A DNA stretch of 64,000 nt from Octopus sinensis (lineage: Eukaryota). The translations under genes and the position numbers were made by a program. Positions 1 to 13,319 of the stretch are shown piece by piece. The stretch covers positions 64,170,001 to 64,234,000 of the forward strand of contig NC_043003.1 of the NCBI RefSeq assembly GCF_006345805.1. Direction: 5' to 3'. A model generated the notes under the pieces. It was not told where the DNA came from, did not search any database, and saw nothing but the letters and a program-made list of their open reading frames with translations. Within the stretch, counting starts at the first letter, position 1. The number at the start of each line of letters is the position of its first letter.

Positions 1-813
1 GATTGCCCCACTCTCGACCCACCCTTGAAGAATATCACCGTTTTTCTGTATTCAACTTTTCAGAGTAGTTGAATAATAAGTTTGATCTTTTATTTCATAA
101 GAATAATCATCATCATCATCATTATCATCGTTTAACGTCCGGTTTCCATGCTAGCATGGGTTGGATGGTTCGACCAGGGTCTGGGGAGCCAGGAGGCTGC
201 ACCAGGCTCCAGTCTGATCTGGCAGTGTTTCTACAGCTGGATGCCCTTCCTAAGGCCAACCACTCCGTGAGTGTAGTGGGTGTTTTTTACGTGCCACCGG
301 CACAGGAGCCAGAGGAGGCTGGCAAATGGCCACAATCAATTGGTGCTTTTTATGTGTCACTGACCCTTATAGCAATTTTTAAATCAATGTCATTAATAAA
401 TTTACCATCCTACCGATTCATTTATCTTATGTCCATCATTTATTTAAGCATCATTTACTTGGGTGAAGTGCTGTTGGTGCTGGTGCCATGTTGAAAGTAT
501 TGGTGTTGGTGCCACATTAAAAGCACTGCTGCTGATGTCGAGTAAAAAGCACTGGTGGTGGTGCCACATAAAATGCACCCAGTGCACTCTCTAAAGTGGT
601 TGGCATTAAGAAGGGCATCCATCTGTAGAAACTATGGAATCTAGTGCAGCACCTGGCCTTGGTGGATCCTTTTGGAGTCAATAAATTAAGTACCAGTGAA
701 ACATTGGGGTTGATGTAATCAACTAATCCCTTCCCCCCAAAATACCAGGCCTTGTGCCTGCAGTAAAAAGTATTATTATAATAATAATTATTATTATCAT
801 TATTATTATTATT

Positions 814-1151
814 GTGAAGGTGCATGGCTCAATGATTAGAGCATCGAACTTACGATCGTGAGGTTGTGAGTTCAAATCCCGGACCGGGCTGCATGTTGTG
901 TTCTTGAGCAAGACACTTTATTTCACATTGCTCCAGTTCACTCAGCTGTAGAAATGAGTTGCGACATCACAAGTGCCAAGCTGTATCAGCTGTTGCTTTT
1001 CCCTTGGATAACACTGGTGGCATAGAGAGGGGAGGCCAGTCTGCATGGGCGACTGCTGGTCTTCCATAAACAACCTTGCCTGGACTTATGCCTGGGAGGG
1101 TAACTTCCTAGGTGCAATCCCATAGTCAGTCATGACCGAAGGGGGTCTCTG
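814..1151 (+). mobile_element. tRNA-derived SINE, family D (further copies 20880-21213 +, 36781-37113 -)
   Basis: Box A/B-like head (TGGCTCAATGATTAGAG ... GAGTTCAAATCCC), CORE-like CTTGAGCAAGACACTTTA; three colinear copies in the window. Confidence 0.85.
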
Positions 1152-1312
1152 CTACTATTATTAAGGCGGAAAGCTGGCAGAATCGTTAGTACAACAACAG
1201 AATGCTTCATGGCATTCCGTCAATAAATTGAGTATCAGTGAAATATTAGGGTTGATGTAATTAACTAGTCCCTTCCCCAAAAATTCCAGGCCTTGTGCCT
1301 ACAGTAGAAAGG

Positions 1313-2235
1313 ATTATTATGATTATTATTATTATTATTATTATCATTGCCTTTGCACAGCTTCTAACGCTGGAAATGTACTACAGTGTCAGCTGCTCAC
1401 TGCCAGTGAACTATGATAACACCTCTTATTTTTCAAGCACCTTCCAGAGTATTTGAGCGGTTCCAAGTAGTGCTGTTTTCTGCAAGTGCTCCACCCTTAT
1501 TGTAGCCCCTATTTGTTCCATGTACTTCTTGAGATTTTTCCCAGAGCTCTGACAATTATTGGTACCACTACCACCTTTTTCATTGATCACAACTGCTTAA
1601 CTTCCCAAGCTAACCTGTCATACCTATCGACTTTTCTTTCTTCCTTATCACATAGCTTGTTGTCAGCTGGGCATGCTATATCTATGATCCAGCATAATTT
1701 GCTTTCTTTCTCAATTAAGACTATGTCCGGCTTCTTATTCTCTATCTCATGGTCGCGTTGAATCATAAAATCCCACAGGAACTTTGCATTATCATTTTCG
1801 ATGATACCTTTGGGTTATTTCTCTGTCAAGACCACGCTTTTGCAAAGTGTCCAATGGACAAGCCAGGCTATATTATCATGGCATCTCTTATATTCCTTCT
1901 GGGCTAGTGACGTACATTGGCTGGTAATATGCCATATGGTTTCACCATTTCATCCACAGATTTTGCACTTCTCACTTTCTGATGTGTTATCTATTCGGTA
2001 TTTTATGTAGTTTGTTCTTAGTGCTTGCTCTTGGGCAGCACAGATTAGAGCCTCCGGTTCTGGTTATAAATGACTTTTAGTCATCCACAGCCATCTTTTT
2101 TCTCTGCCTGTCTTATCTTCAACATCCCTACGAAATTGTCCATGCATTCTTTTCTTTACCCATCTATTTTCAGTTTCATTTGTTTTCAATTGTTTGTACA
2201 GTACTTTATCTTTGCAATCTTTCATCCTACACAAT
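1313..2235 (-). mobile_element. R4/Dong-like non-LTR retrotransposon 3' fragment (CCHC knuckle plus restriction-like endonuclease) with (AAT)n tail
   Basis: Minus-strand translation: MHGQF...WLWMTK...EALICAAQEQALRTNYIKYRID...KCKICG*NGETIWHITSQC...HW.LC...KFLWDFMIQRDHEIENKKPDIVLIEK...IIDIACPAD...VVVVPIIVRALG; stops and frameshifts present. Confidence 0.85.
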
Positions 2236-3807
2236 TATTATCATCATTATAATTATTATTATTATTATTATTATTACTATTAAGGTGGTGAGTTGGCAGA
2301 AACGTTAGTATGCTGGACAAAATGCTTATTGCCATTTCTTCCACGTTCAATTTCTACTGAGGTTAACTTTACTTTACATCCTTTTTGGGTCAATAAATTA
2401 AATGCTAGTTGAACACTGGCAGTCAATCCAATTGACTAAACCCTTACCAAATTTCAGGCCTTGTGCCTATAGCAGAAAGCTTTATTATTATTATTATTGA
2501 GAGAGCAGTGCATGCCATCAAAGTGACATTGGGGTAATTATTATTATTATTATTATAAGTAGTAGTAGTAGTGGTGGTGGTGGTGGTGGTGGTGGTAGTA
2601 GTAGTATCTTTTTCATTCACACACACTCTCTCTCTCTCCAGAAGAAATCGGTTGTGGTAAGACATAGGAGGGGAATGAGACCTACCAGATTTAGAATTAT
2701 TTCTGAAACACATCATACATGACAAGACAGTAATCTTGTAAAGCCATCTTCCATCGAAAGGAAGGGTTTGAATATATCACAGAATGCACCATGTGACACT
2801 TCTGATATAAAAAAAGTTACAATCATTAACAGCCCCTTCAATCACTTCCACCCCCAACCCCCAACCACACCATGTAAATAAAGAGAATAGACCCCTAAAT
2901 ATTTACAAAGCAAACTGAACATTCCTCATCAAACACACAATTAATTCTAATCCTATTTCAAGATTCTATTATGCGTGACCTTAAACAATTGTTCACACAA
3001 GGTACTTCATTATCTTTCACAGTATGAGGTACTGTCTTAAGATACTGTTCCTTATATTTGATTTCATATTTTTTTGTTTTTTTTACTAGTTTCAGTCGGT
3101 GGATTGCTACCATAGCATGACACTACCTTGAAGAATTTTAGTCAAACAAATCAACCCCACTGATTGTGACTTTTTTTTTTTGCCAGAAACATAAACAAAC
3201 CAATACCAGTTGTCAAGCAGTGGTGGTGTTGGTGGTGGTGGTGTGGTGACAAATACACATACAAAGACACACGCAGATAGACATATTTTTTCTTTTATTA
3301 GTTTCAGTAGTGGCCTTGATGGGGCACTGCTGTTTCATATATCATCATCATCATCATCATTTAATGTTTGTTGTCCATGCTGGCATGGGTTGGATGGTTT
3401 GACTGGGCTGGCTTGCTGGAAAGCTACAGCAGACTCCAGTCTGATTTGGCATGGTTTTCTTTGGCTTCCTAATGCCAACCATTCTGAGAGTGTAATGGGT
3501 GCTTTTACATGCCACCGTCATGGGTGCCATTTGCATGACACCAGGATGCATTTAAGTGCCTCCAGCAGGGGTGTCAATTTGCATGATACAAGTATCTGCT
3601 ACAACTGTGATTTTGCTTGGCTTGATGGGTCTTCTTCTCAAGCACAACATAATGCCAAAGGTCTTGGTCATTGCTTCTATGAGGCCCAAAACTCAAAAGG
3701 AACTCAGCCACTTTGCCTCCTATATATATATATATATAGCATATTGTTCCATTATGGTAAGCTAAATAAAAAAAGTAATCCATTTGGTGAGAGATAAGAA
3801 TTATTTA

Positions 3808-3956
3808 ATAAGCACAATCTATGTTTTTCATGTGCTACTATTAGTTTCATGTGCTGAGAGCATGCCAAACTGTGTTTGTGTTAAAAAAAAACACTGTCTG
3901 GCATGCTCCCAGCACATGAAACTAAAAGTATCACATAAATACATATATGTGTTTAT
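3808..3956. mobile_element. Palindromic MITE, copy 1
   Basis: Arms TAGTTTCATGTGCTGAGAGCATGCCA / TGGCATGCTCCCAGCACATGAAACTA; homologous to 8214-8359 in opposite orientation. Confidence 0.75.
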
Positions 3957-4684
3957 ACTCATATATATATGCATGTATGTAAACATAATAGGCTTCAACA
4001 CAGTTTCCATCATAAGGTATTGATTATCCTTAATGCTATAGTAAAAGACACTTGTCCAAAGTATTGTTCAGTGGGATTAAACCTGAAACCACATGGTTAC
4101 AAACCAAACTTCTTAACCACACAACTATGCCAGCACCAAAATAATTTTGCAACTGTTTTACTAGAAAAATGACATATACATTCCTACATCTGGAGACAAT
4201 ATTTATTCCAACATGCTTTTACTTGTCACTCCGTTGCTTATCTTCGTTATTTGTTTTTTATAAGTTTTAATATTGCTACATTTTTATGTTAAACTCATGT
4301 TTAACAGTAGTTTGAAAATCCAAATCTAAAACAAAACTTCTCAAACTTGTATTTGAATGAGCTTAAGTTGAGATTAAAAACGTAAATTTTATCTGGAACA
4401 TGTTAAAATATTGGTCTCAATGGGATTAAGTAACATTTGTTTGTATGTCTGTTGTTAAGAATAACTTAAGAAAATTATAAATATCAAACACAGGCATGAC
4501 TGTGTGGTTAAGAAGCTTGCTTCCCACCCATGTGGTCTTGAGTTCAGTCCCACTGCATGCCACTTTGAACAAGTGTCTTTTATTATAGCTCCAGGCTGAC
4601 CAATATTTTGTGACCAGAAACTGTGTGGAAGCTTGTCATATATATATATAAATATTATAATAATTATATACACATATTCTTTAT

Positions 4685-4845
4685 TTTCTCTCCTTGTTTC
4701 TTTCTGTGCTCCTTTCTGTGGAAGAGTGTAGGCTTGAAACATTAAAGACGTTTTCACTTCCCGAGCGTTATACTAATATAACTTTGTTGTCTACACCACC
4801 TGTCTTTGTCTTTTGTTTTTTTGTGAATTCTCCCCATAATAATTG
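4685..4845 (+). mobile_element. Penelope-like retroelement 3' tail with a decayed hammerhead-like motif (4712-4747)
   Basis: CTTT-CTGTGGA-A-GAGT-GTAG-GCTT-GAAA-CA-TT-AAAG, followed by a tail (...cttcccgagcgttatactaat...gtgaattctc) also seen at about 11125-11228. Confidence 0.5.
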
Positions 4846-6372
4846 TAAATATAATTATAACAAAGGATTGGCTATAAGCCTCTCCACACACTAGAAATAG
4901 ATGCCAAAAGACACTAATACCACCTTAAAAACTCCAAACAATAAAACACGGGCTTTAGTCAAGCAAAGGAAAGATAATCAATTAAACTTTTGGATAAATG
5001 TGTACAAGATCCCATTTCAAGCTTAAGGTAAAAAAAATTATACCTACTGCTATCTTCAGCAACGTTACTCTATAGCATAAATTCCCGAGTATCTACACAT
5101 ATGTATATGAGCAGCAACTTCATACAGCAATATATATATATACACAATCATAAAAATATACAGTAAAGTAGAATTCCCATCTTTCTTTTCAGCCACGTGT
5201 AATATATCAAAATAACTCTGCAGCCAAACACTTATCATAATTATGTATATAATTATTATAATACTTGTAAAATTCACCTATAAGGTTTTTATTTCCACAC
5301 TGACCCCTTGGTAAAATCATTAGTGATTTTTACCCTTTATTATGATATATATATATGGCTCCCATGCTGGTGGCATGTAAAAAGTACCCACTACACTCTT
5401 GGAGTGGTTGGCGTTAGGAAGGGCATCCAGCTGTAGAAACGTTGTCAGATCAGATTGGAGCCTGGTGCAGCCGCTGGCTCTCCAGACCTCAGTCAAACCG
5501 TCCAACCCATGCCAGCATGGAAAACAGGTATTAAACAATGATGATGATGATGATGATGATGTGTGTGTGTGTTTGTGTATATACATACACACACACACAT
5601 GTACAAGATTGTTTATGTCCCTGTAAGTTAGCAGTTAAAAAAAAAAGAGAACTGTAGAAAGGGTATCAGGCTTAAAAAGAGAAAAATAAGTATTGAGGGC
5701 AAAATCCCAGCATGGCCACAGTCAAATGATGAAATAAGTAAAAGATAAAAAATAAAGATTTGGTTTTGAGTAACCACCATTGCTTCAAATATAATTTCAT
5801 CTCAAAAATGAAGAAAAATGTTTCTCTGGAGATTTTTTTTTTAACAATTTGAAGAATTAATAAGCCAAGTTATTTATCGTCTCCCTGATTACAAATTCAA
5901 ATTTTACAACAACCACTGTATCTCTTCTTGTAATTCAACTTTGATATTCCTATCTAACAACCCATTTCCACAGATGAATGGTTAACACATAAAAGGTTTG
6001 TAACTGTTGTAACAGTATGTAAATGTTTAAATTTGCAAATACCATATTATCTGTGCTACCAGAAATATAGACGAAAATGGTTTTAAACAAGTTATTTCTC
6101 AAAATTTCCTTGGGACCTCTAAACCTTATCTTGACATTTTAAAAACTAAATTAACATTTTTCCATGTCTCAATAAATAAAATGTGAATAAATTATGCAAA
6201 TTTTGCTTTTGACAGATAATCAAATGGTTCGACCTTTCTAACAGTCATTTTGAAACATTATAAGGGAGCATTAGGAGTCCCAGTTAGCAGTAGCCCTACT
6301 GTATGATATTTATGTCATTATCTTTTACTTTTCTCAGTCATTGGACTGCACAGCCATGCTGGGGCATCATCT

Positions 6373-6530
6373 TAACCCTTTCGTTACTATATTTATTTTG
6401 TGATTTTGTGTTTCTTTCAATTATTTTAAATATAACAAAGAATTTAGTAAAATAACTTAGTTATCATTAAGCTAGTGTTAGGAACATAAATTGTGACTAA
6501 GGCTTGGTGGAAGATTTTAATTCAAAACTT
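6373..6530 (+). mobile_element. Dispersed repeat with a piggyBac-like TTAA|CCCTTT terminus; inverted copy at about 35788-35937
   Basis: Shared ...TAACTTAGTTATCATT.AGCTAGTGTTAGGAACATAAATTGTGACT...GATTTTAATTCAAAACTTA in both copies. Confidence 0.5.
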
Positions 6531-6711
6531 ACGCAAACAGGACATTTGAACTTCAGAGCCAGAGGTGGTTTCAGCCAGGTTGGTATCAAAAGGGTTGAAG
6601 AGTTTAGTTGAACAGATCGACACCTGTCAACATACACACACACATATATACATATATATGTATGTGTGTATATGTATTTGTTTGTCTTAGGCATAGACGA
6701 GTGGTTGGTAA

Positions 6712-8196
6712 GAATTGTACAAGGATGCTGTCAGTAAGGTGAGTGTTGGCAATGAGTATAGTGAAGAATTCCAGGTAGAAGTAGAGGTTCACTAAGGATC
6801 AGTCCTCAGCCTCCTCTTCTTCATCATAGTCCTCCAGGCAATAACAGAGGAATTCAAGACAGGCTGCCCCAAGGAGCTCCTCTATGCTGATGACCTTGCA
6901 CTGATAGCTGAGTCACTACTAGAACTAGAGATGAAGTTTCAGGTGTGGAAGCAAGGTCTAGAATCAAAGGGCCTTAGAGTCAACCTAGCAAAAACCAAAG
7001 TCTTAGTAAGTAGGAAGGCAAACAAATCACAAACCACTTCAGGTAGATGATCCTGCTCGATCTGTAGAAAAGGCATAGGTAGAAACTCTATAAGGTGTAC
7101 CCAGTGTAAGCTATGGACACATAAGAGGTGCAGCAATATCAAAGGAAGGTTAATCGGGAAGATAGTTTTTGTGTGTGGCAGATGCACAGGGGCAATAATC
7201 ACCAAAGATGTACAGAAAATAGATTCCATCACATACCAGGGGGAGAAACTAGAAGTTGATAGCTTCTGCTACCTAGATGACCAAGTCTGTAGTGGTGGGG
7301 GGTGGGGGTGCTCTGAGAGTGTTGCCACTAGAATAAGAATAGCCTGGGCAAAGTTCAGAAAGCTCCTACTTCTGCTGGTAACAAACGACCTTCCTCTCAC
7401 TCAGAGTGAAAAGTAGACTATGATGCATGCATGCAAACAGCCATGCTGCATGCCAGTGAAACATGGGCCATGACTGTTGAGGACATGTGTAGACTTGAAA
7501 GAAATGAAGTTAGTATGATCCACTGGATGTGTAATGTCAGTGTGCACATGACAAAGTGTAAGCACCCTGAGACAAATGTTGGACATAAGAAGCATCAGAT
7601 GAGGTGCACAAGAGAGACAACTGTGCTGGTATGGTCATGCCTAACAGTGGATAGAACACATGGAAGAGGGAGACCCAGGAAGACATGGGATGAGGTGGTG
7701 AAGCACAACCTTCTTACGTTGGGTCTCACAAAGGAAATGACAAGAGATTGAAACCTTTGGAGATATGCTAAGATTGAGAAGACCTGGCAAGTACCGTGAG
7801 ATCACAGCCATGGCCAACACCAGTGAAAACATAACCAGGACTCTTGAATCATCGGGTGATATGCTGTGCTTGAGAAGACCTATTGAGTCAAGTAAAATCA
7901 AAAATCAAAAATTAAAAATCAAAATCAAAATAGAAATTGTAGTTGTGGCTGATGCCAGTGCTGCCTGAGTGGCACTTGTGCTTGTAGCATTTAATAAGCA
8001 CCATTCAAGCATGGGTCGATTCGAATTTGGTCGATGCCAGTGCACCCCCCCCCCGACTTCCTCCTGTGCTGGTGGCATGTAAAAAGCACCATTCAAACTT
8101 GGTCGATGCCAATGCAGCCTACTGGCTTGTCAGTCCTCAATCAAGTGGCCCAATCCATGCCAGCATAGAAAACGGACATTAAACAATGATGATGAT
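6712..8196 (+). mobile_element. RTE-clade LINE 3' fragment (reverse transcriptase C-terminus plus 3' UTR ending in (GAT)n)
   Basis: GSVLSLLFFIIVLQAITEEFKTGCPKELLYADDLALIAES...GLRVNLAKTKVL, later SETWAMTVEDMCRLERNE and GRGRPRKTWDEVV; degenerate. Confidence 0.9.
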
Positions 8197-8213
8197 ACAT
8201 ATATATATATATG

Positions 8214-8359
8214 ATAAACACAATATACGTGTTTACGTGCTACTATTAGTTTCATGTGCTGAGAGCATGCCAAACAGTGTTTTTTAACACAAACACAGTT
8301 TGGCATGCTCTCAGCACATGAAACTAATAGTAGTACATAAAAATATAGATTGTGTTTAT
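8214..8359. mobile_element. Palindromic MITE, copy 2
   Basis: Perfect 35-bp inner arms TACTATTAGTTTCATGTGCTGAGAGCATGCCAAAC / GTTTGGCATGCTCTCAGCACATGAAACTAATAGTA, with imperfect pairing out to about 60 bp. Confidence 0.8.
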
Positions 8360-9599
8360 TAAATAATATTTATCTCCCCACCACCATTTGATAACTAGTG
8401 TTAGTTTGTTCATATCCCATAACCCTGTGGTTTGACAAAAAAACCCTGATAGAATAAGAACCAAATTTAAATAAAAAAAAAGAAATAAGTCCTGGGGCGA
8501 ATTTGTTTAACTAAACCCTTCAAGGCAGTACCCCAGCATGGCTACAGTCTAATAACTGAAACAAATAAAAAGTAAAAGATATCTAAAGATTCTAATTTGA
8601 AAGTGATTTCAATCTAATATTAAATCTAGATGATGATTAGTTTATATTCTAATATCCTTTATGATAACAATTTTGAATATCCTTCAGCATTGCTCTACAA
8701 ATTAACCCAAAGCTCTCTGCAAAATGTTAGCTATACCCTTATATGACATGACTTGTTAGTCCCCTCTTCAGATAATGTTTCACTACTCTTATTCACTGTT
8801 AGTGCTCCATAATTTCTTAGTTTTCAGCCGGCGGCAATTTTTTTTTAACTCAAAGCATACTAACTATCACAATATTTTTATAACATCAGAATATAATGTA
8901 TTCAAAATATGCTGAGGTTCATATAACTGCCAGATGTTTGTTTAGAGTGAGGAAGAGGAATGAAAAAGACTTTCTATCTCTAAATTCAACAACTGAAGTT
9001 GAATCACTTCTTCCTTCAATGGCGGCACTGCCGACACTCTACAACATTTATTATCAGACATGTGTTGACATGCTATCATGGTTCTGTAAATACTTTAAAT
9101 AAATATAATAATTTCCTCAACACCAAGTAATTATCTCTTAAAATTTATTTTCGTCATTAATTTCTAAGAATAATAATTAACTTCAATTTAATATTTCTAA
9201 ATATTTTTTATATCAACATCATCGTTATCGGCATCATCATTATACACTCAGTTTAATTAAAATTATTATACATTAAATTTAATTAAAATCATATTGTTGT
9301 CATAAACACTTATAAAACTTCCAGAGCCAATAAAATGCTTCATTAATATTACAAAAATTAGTTTTGGTCAAAATTGTATGTTAAAGAATATTCTTAAAAG
9401 ACATCTAATCTTCTTGAGAATATAACCAAATTCTTGGTAGCATGATAGCACCTATGGTTAAAAAGTTTGCTTCAAAACAATAGGGTATTAGGTTCAGTCC
9501 CTCTACTCAGTACATTGGTTGTCTTCTGCTATAAGCAAAGGTTAACCAATGCTTTGTGAAAAGGGTTTTGTAAATGGAATTTGGTTGACAAAAGGATCT

Positions 9600-9860
9600 C
9601 TGGAATACTGTTGCCCAACAGGATGTGTAGCTAGAAGACCATGGAGTTCCTCCAGGTTGAGCCGCTTCTTCTATGCATTGAAAGATCACAGCTCTGGTAC
9701 TATAGACATGTGATTAGAATGTCACAGGAGAGGATTGCAAGAGGAATTCTTCCAGATGAGCTAATTGGTAGTAGACCGATATGTTGACCAAGAATGAGGT
9801 GGTTGGATAATGTCCATTGTCTCAGCTGGTCGTGCTTAGGAATTGAACTGGATGGTATGA
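9600..9860 (+). mobile_element. RTE/Expander-like LINE C-terminal remnant
   Basis: LLLCIERSQLWYYRHVIRMSQERIARGIL...GSRP...PRMRWLDNV...LGIE resembles RTE ORF ends. Confidence 0.6.
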
Positions 9861-9927
9861 TGATGGTTGCTTCCAACAAGACCCTATGGAGAAGGTACTG
9901 AGCATTCCACCCTCACAACCCTCTCGG

Positions 9928-10019
9928 GAAGAAGAAGAAGAAGAAGAAGAAGAAGAAGAAGAAGAAGAAGAAGAAGAAGAAGAAGAAGAAGAAGAAGAAG
10001 GAGGAGGAGGAGGAGGAGG
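9928..10019. repeat. (GAA)n followed by (GGA)n microsatellite
   Basis: Direct reading; source of the poly-R/poly-S ORFs. Confidence 0.95.
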
Positions 10020-10744
10020 CATCACACAGTAGGACTGAACCGAAGACCACATGGTTGGAAAGGAAGCTTCTTAACCATACACCCACATCAGCACCATATG
10101 TTTCAAAAATACATTGTTCTAAAAACTTATTTTTTCACAACTTTGTAAAAATGTAAATAATCTTAAAAAATTAAAATTATTTCTATTTTTGTTTTTATAC
10201 CAACAATGATTTTTTTTTTATAAATCAAACAACAATTATATATTTTTGCAGACAAACATTCAATGACCCATTTTTTTTTTGAGACAAATAACAAAAATAT
10301 TACATCTGAGAAGCAAATAAATTAACAGCTATAATTTGGAAAACTGCAACAGTTGCAGACATTTTGCCTTGCAAATATTTACATGAAGAAAATTATTCTT
10401 TTCTACAAGAACAACAAGTTTAATTCATTTAGCTAACAATTTAATTTATTTAGCTAACAAGATTCCAGTGAAACTGGCAAGATTTTATAAAACAAACAGA
10501 GAACCATAATGTAATTTGCCTTACTATAAACTAAGGCTGTCTTTATGTAAAGAAAAAAATAAAATGAGAAACATGTAAATTTGGAGGTTTTAAAGAGGAA
10601 TGAAGGAGAGCAAAGAGGGCGCAGAAGAGGATATAGAGTTGGAAGGAAAACAAGAAAATATTTAAAGAAAAATAATGATATTTTTATATCTGTCTTATGG
10701 CTTTGGGTGGAAACAAACACAAGCACAAAATATACACACACATA

Positions 10745-10965
10745 CATACATAGAGAAAGAGAGAGGGGGAGAGAGAGAGAGACAGACAGAAACAGAGATA
10801 GAGATAGGTAGATAGATAGTTAGATAGACAGATAAATATAGATAGAGACATAGATAAATAGATAGGTAGATAGATAGATAGATTAATAGATAGGTTGATA
10901 GATAAATAGAAAGATAGATAGACAGACAGACAGTCAGATAGATAGATAGACAGATAGACAGACAG
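10745..10965. repeat. (GA)n/(GATA)n/(GACA)n compound microsatellite
   Basis: Direct reading. Confidence 0.9.
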
Positions 10966-11061
10966 ACAGCTGGGTGCCCTTCTTAATGCCAACCACTCTG
11001 AGAGTGTAATGGGTGGTCTTTCACACACCATTGGCACGAGTGCCATTTGCATAACACCAGG

Positions 11062-11102
<41 letters not shown>

Positions 11103-11870
11103 TATATGTATATGTATATAAATATATGAAAGACTTTTTCACTTCCGAAGCGTTAAACTAATATATCTGTTTGTTATCTAAACTACCTGTCTTTGTCGGG
11201 GTTTTTTTTTTTTTGTGAATTCTCGCTATATAAATATATAATATGCACACACACACACATACATATGCCATTATATAATTTCAATTTCAAGATTTCTGGC
11301 CAATAGAGAAAGACCCAATTTCTAACCTAGATCAAAGGCTCCTTCATTGGAATTTCAACAACATCAATATGCATGTGTACATGCAGTATTTTCAGTTCAT
11401 GCATTTGCAGATTTGTATGTTTTCTTTTATGTATGTATTCTCATGCATATAGTTGCATGTCTGGACATGTGCATATATACCTAAATGATAAACTTCTGGA
11501 AAGTATACATGTAAATATATGTATGTGTATGTATGTATGTATGTATGTGTGTGTGTGTGTATGTATGTCTTTGTACTTGTGTGTAGACCTCACTTGATGA
11601 TTATAAATAAGCATCATTCTCAAACGAGTGAGGTTGATCATTTCCAGTTTTCCATAGAGAAATATGTCTAGCAACAGGAAAATATTTCTTTGCTTGGAAA
11701 CAAACGGCACTTGGCAACAGGAAGGGACATCTAGTCACAGAAAACCTGCCTCAGCAAATTCTGTTTGATGCATGCAAGCATAGAAAAATAGATCTTAAAT
11801 GAAATGATAATGGTGACAACATTGATTTCTATGTTAAATAATTCCTTTTTCTGTTTTTCATATTCAACAG

Positions 11871-12035
11871 ATCTCATGTGCAAATGCCAGAAATAATATA
11901 CAAAGCATACCTCCAAGGAAAACCTTTGACTGGATCTCAACTACAGCAAGCTAAACTAAATAAAACTACTCTCTCAGATATTGTTCAATGGGGAAGCATG
12001 ATTATTTTTGACTTCCTAACAGCAAACTATGATAG
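11871..12035 (+). CDS. FJX1: Internal coding exon of a four-jointed/FJX1-like Golgi kinase (Fam20C-related secretory kinase fold)
   Basis: Acceptor ...ttttcatattcaacAG|a at 11870/11871 and donor ag|GTAAGA at 12035/12036. Open frame SHVQMPEIIYKAYLQGKPLTGSQLQQAKLNKTTLSDIVQWGSMIIFDFLTANYD(R) resembles FJX1 'DLVQWTDLILFDYLTANFDR' (recalled). Phase 2 at both ends. Missed by the ORF track. Symbol means FJX1-like; orthology not established. Confidence 0.9.
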
Positions 12036-12316
12036 GTAAGACTGACATTATTATTTTTTATTAATCAAATGTTTACTTGTTTTGGTTTCAAATTTTGGTA
12101 CAAGGCCAGAAATTTTGAGGGACCCCAGTTGGTGTTATTTTATCAACCCTGGAAGGATGAAAAGCATGCTCAGCCCTGGTAGCATTTGAATGCAGGAAGA
12201 AACACAACCAGTTTTCCTGGTGCAGTAATGATTCTACCAGCTTACTGCCCCAATGTATACTCAAACTGATTTCAAATTTTGGCACAAGACTACCAAACTT
12301 TGGGGGAAGGTGTAAG

Positions 12317-12724
12317 CAGGGCCGGAATAAGATCCATCGAGGCCCTAAGCACTTAAAAGATTTTGGTGCCCCCATAAAAGATTATGTAATTCAAAATGTA
12401 AACAATAACAAACCATAAAATAAATTTTTATTTTCAAAATGAAGCAAAACAGTAAGAGGGAAAATGATGTTTATTTTTGTAAACTTCCAATTTATTTATA
12501 TTTGAAAAGTTTCCTTCTACTTTTTTAAATTGCAAAGTCTTTGATCAAATCCTCAAAATTAATCTTAGGTAACACATCTGCATCTCCACTTAATAGAGAT
12601 AAAGGCATCCTGAATATTATTTCAGCAAGTTTAAAGTGATTTCTTTTGTGCTGTAGACCACTTACCTCCTTCCCTAGATGCCCTAAGCACGTGCTTATTT
12701 TGCTTAATGGTTAATCCGGTGCTG
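12317..12724 (-). mobile_element. Non-autonomous hAT element with a transposase C-terminal remnant, inserted in a SINE
   Basis: TIRs CAGGGCCGGAATAA / TTAATCCGGTGCTG; degenerate 8-bp TSD GGTGTAAG/GGTATAGA; minus-strand LSLLSGDADVLPKINFEDLIKDFAI*KSRR resembles the hAT dimerisation region. Confidence 0.75.
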
Positions 12725-13319
12725 GGTATAGATCAATTATATTGATCTCAGTGCTCAACTGGTACTTATTTTATTGACCCTGAATGGATGAAAGGCAATA
12801 TCGACCTCAGCAGAATTTGAACTCAGAACATAAAGACAGACAAAATGCTGATAAGAATGCTAACAATTCTGCCAGCTCACCACCTATTAGAAGAAAGATT
12901 GCTTTATTCCCCAGTTTTACCTATTCTTTTTTTTATGTTTAATGTTAAACTACAGCATCACTTGTTCCTCATCAAAACTTTACTCTTCCAGTTTACATTG
13001 ATAATTAACAACTTTAAAATTAGCCAACACAACTGTGGCTGTGTGATGAAGTAGCTTGCTTCCCAGCCACGTGGTGCCAGGTTTAGTCCCATTGGGTGAC
13101 GCCTTGGACAAGTGCCTTCTACAATAACATCGGACCAACCGAAGCCTTATTTGTGGATTTGGTATATGGAAACTGAAAGAAGCCTGTCACACACACGCAC
13201 ACATATATATGCCTTTTAACTGAGAGCATCTTCAGTCGAATGGAAAGGGACAATGCAATTCTTACTCTTACCCTTTCTTCCTTTCTACCGTTAGCCTGAC
13301 TTCCACACACAGCAATATA

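Noticed and set aside
814-890. tRNA genes at SINE heads
   Set aside because: Box A/B-like sequence runs directly into SINE bodies, and no complete cloverleaf with an acceptor stem is evident.
2639-2667. cag|...EIGCGKT resembling the four-jointed GCGR motif as an upstream exon
   Set aside because: An in-frame TAG follows immediately, and there is no NRL or QGE motif downstream.
1-11870. Further upstream exons of the FJX1-like gene
   Set aside because: Non-repeat segments were read for phase-2 exons with four-jointed motifs and none was found. They probably lie before the window, though a small exon could have been missed.
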